From Acaryochloris marina S15 (GTDB lineage: Bacteria; Cyanobacteriota; Cyanobacteriia; Thermosynechococcales; Thermosynechococcaceae): a stretch of DNA of 24,000 bases. This document shows, piece by piece, positions 23,978 to 24,000 of this stretch. Position 1 is the first letter of the stretch. Each line of letters opens with the position of its first letter. Location: contig NZ_CP064923.1 in the NCBI RefSeq assembly GCF_018336915.1, forward strand, positions 406,544 through 430,543, in the 5' to 3' direction. Position numbers and translations under genes: made by a program. The notes beneath the pieces were generated by a model. It saw only the letters and a program-made list of their open reading frames with translations. It ran no database searches and had not been told where the DNA came from.

Positions 23978-24000
23978 GAATAAATGTTCCTTCCAACATA

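Noticed and set aside
1-24000. Search for tRNA or rRNA genes, CRISPR arrays, and toxin-antitoxin or defence-system gene pairs
   Set aside because: The intergenic regions show no T-loop (GTTCGAATC-like) or cloverleaf candidates, and no regularly spaced direct repeats. There are no small overlapping gene pairs or nuclease, ATPase or methylase signatures. The eye scan is not exhaustive, so tRNAscan-SE, Infernal and CRISPR finders should confirm the absence.

Overview
This window reads as chromosomal DNA from a cyanobacterium, and most of it is core housekeeping sequence. The cyanobacterial origin rests on 12 copies of the HIP1 octamer GCGATCGC and on the genes psbK, chlM, hli, zds, cyAbrB and sqs. 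About 26 genes are tightly packed. They cover cobalamin synthesis (cobL 3' end), respiration (sdhB), pigments (chlM, zds, sqs), oxidative stress (sodB, perR-prx-gor), riboflavin synthesis (ribD), and several small enzymes and hypothetical proteins.

The one clearly accessory event is a 1486-bp IS element (16406-17891). It has imperfect terminal inverted repeats and a perfect 9-bp target-site duplication. It splits a pentapeptide-repeat gene that sits directly downstream of zds and an SRPBCC gene. Removing the IS and one duplication copy restores a 416-codon ORF. The IS transposase itself carries one in-frame TGA.

Two AT-rich stretches without HIP1 look horizontally acquired: an acyltransferase-3 gene at 18.6-19.7 kb and an orphan ORF with a long non-coding leader at 20.9-21.9 kb.

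Other points worth noting:
- A perfect 7-1-7 palindrome overlaps the predicted -10 element of the peroxiredoxin promoter in the perR/prx divergent region.
- A DGAT2-motif acyltransferase is present.
- A Tat-lipoprotein Rieske protein is present.
- A 45-codon psbK gene at the window end is missing from the ORF track.

I found no tRNA, rRNA or CRISPR array, and no convincing multi-gene system of unknown function. The most unusual gene is the interrupted gene combining a signal peptide, pentapeptide repeats and a pilin-like domain. All functional calls come from motif recognition by eye. No database search was run.
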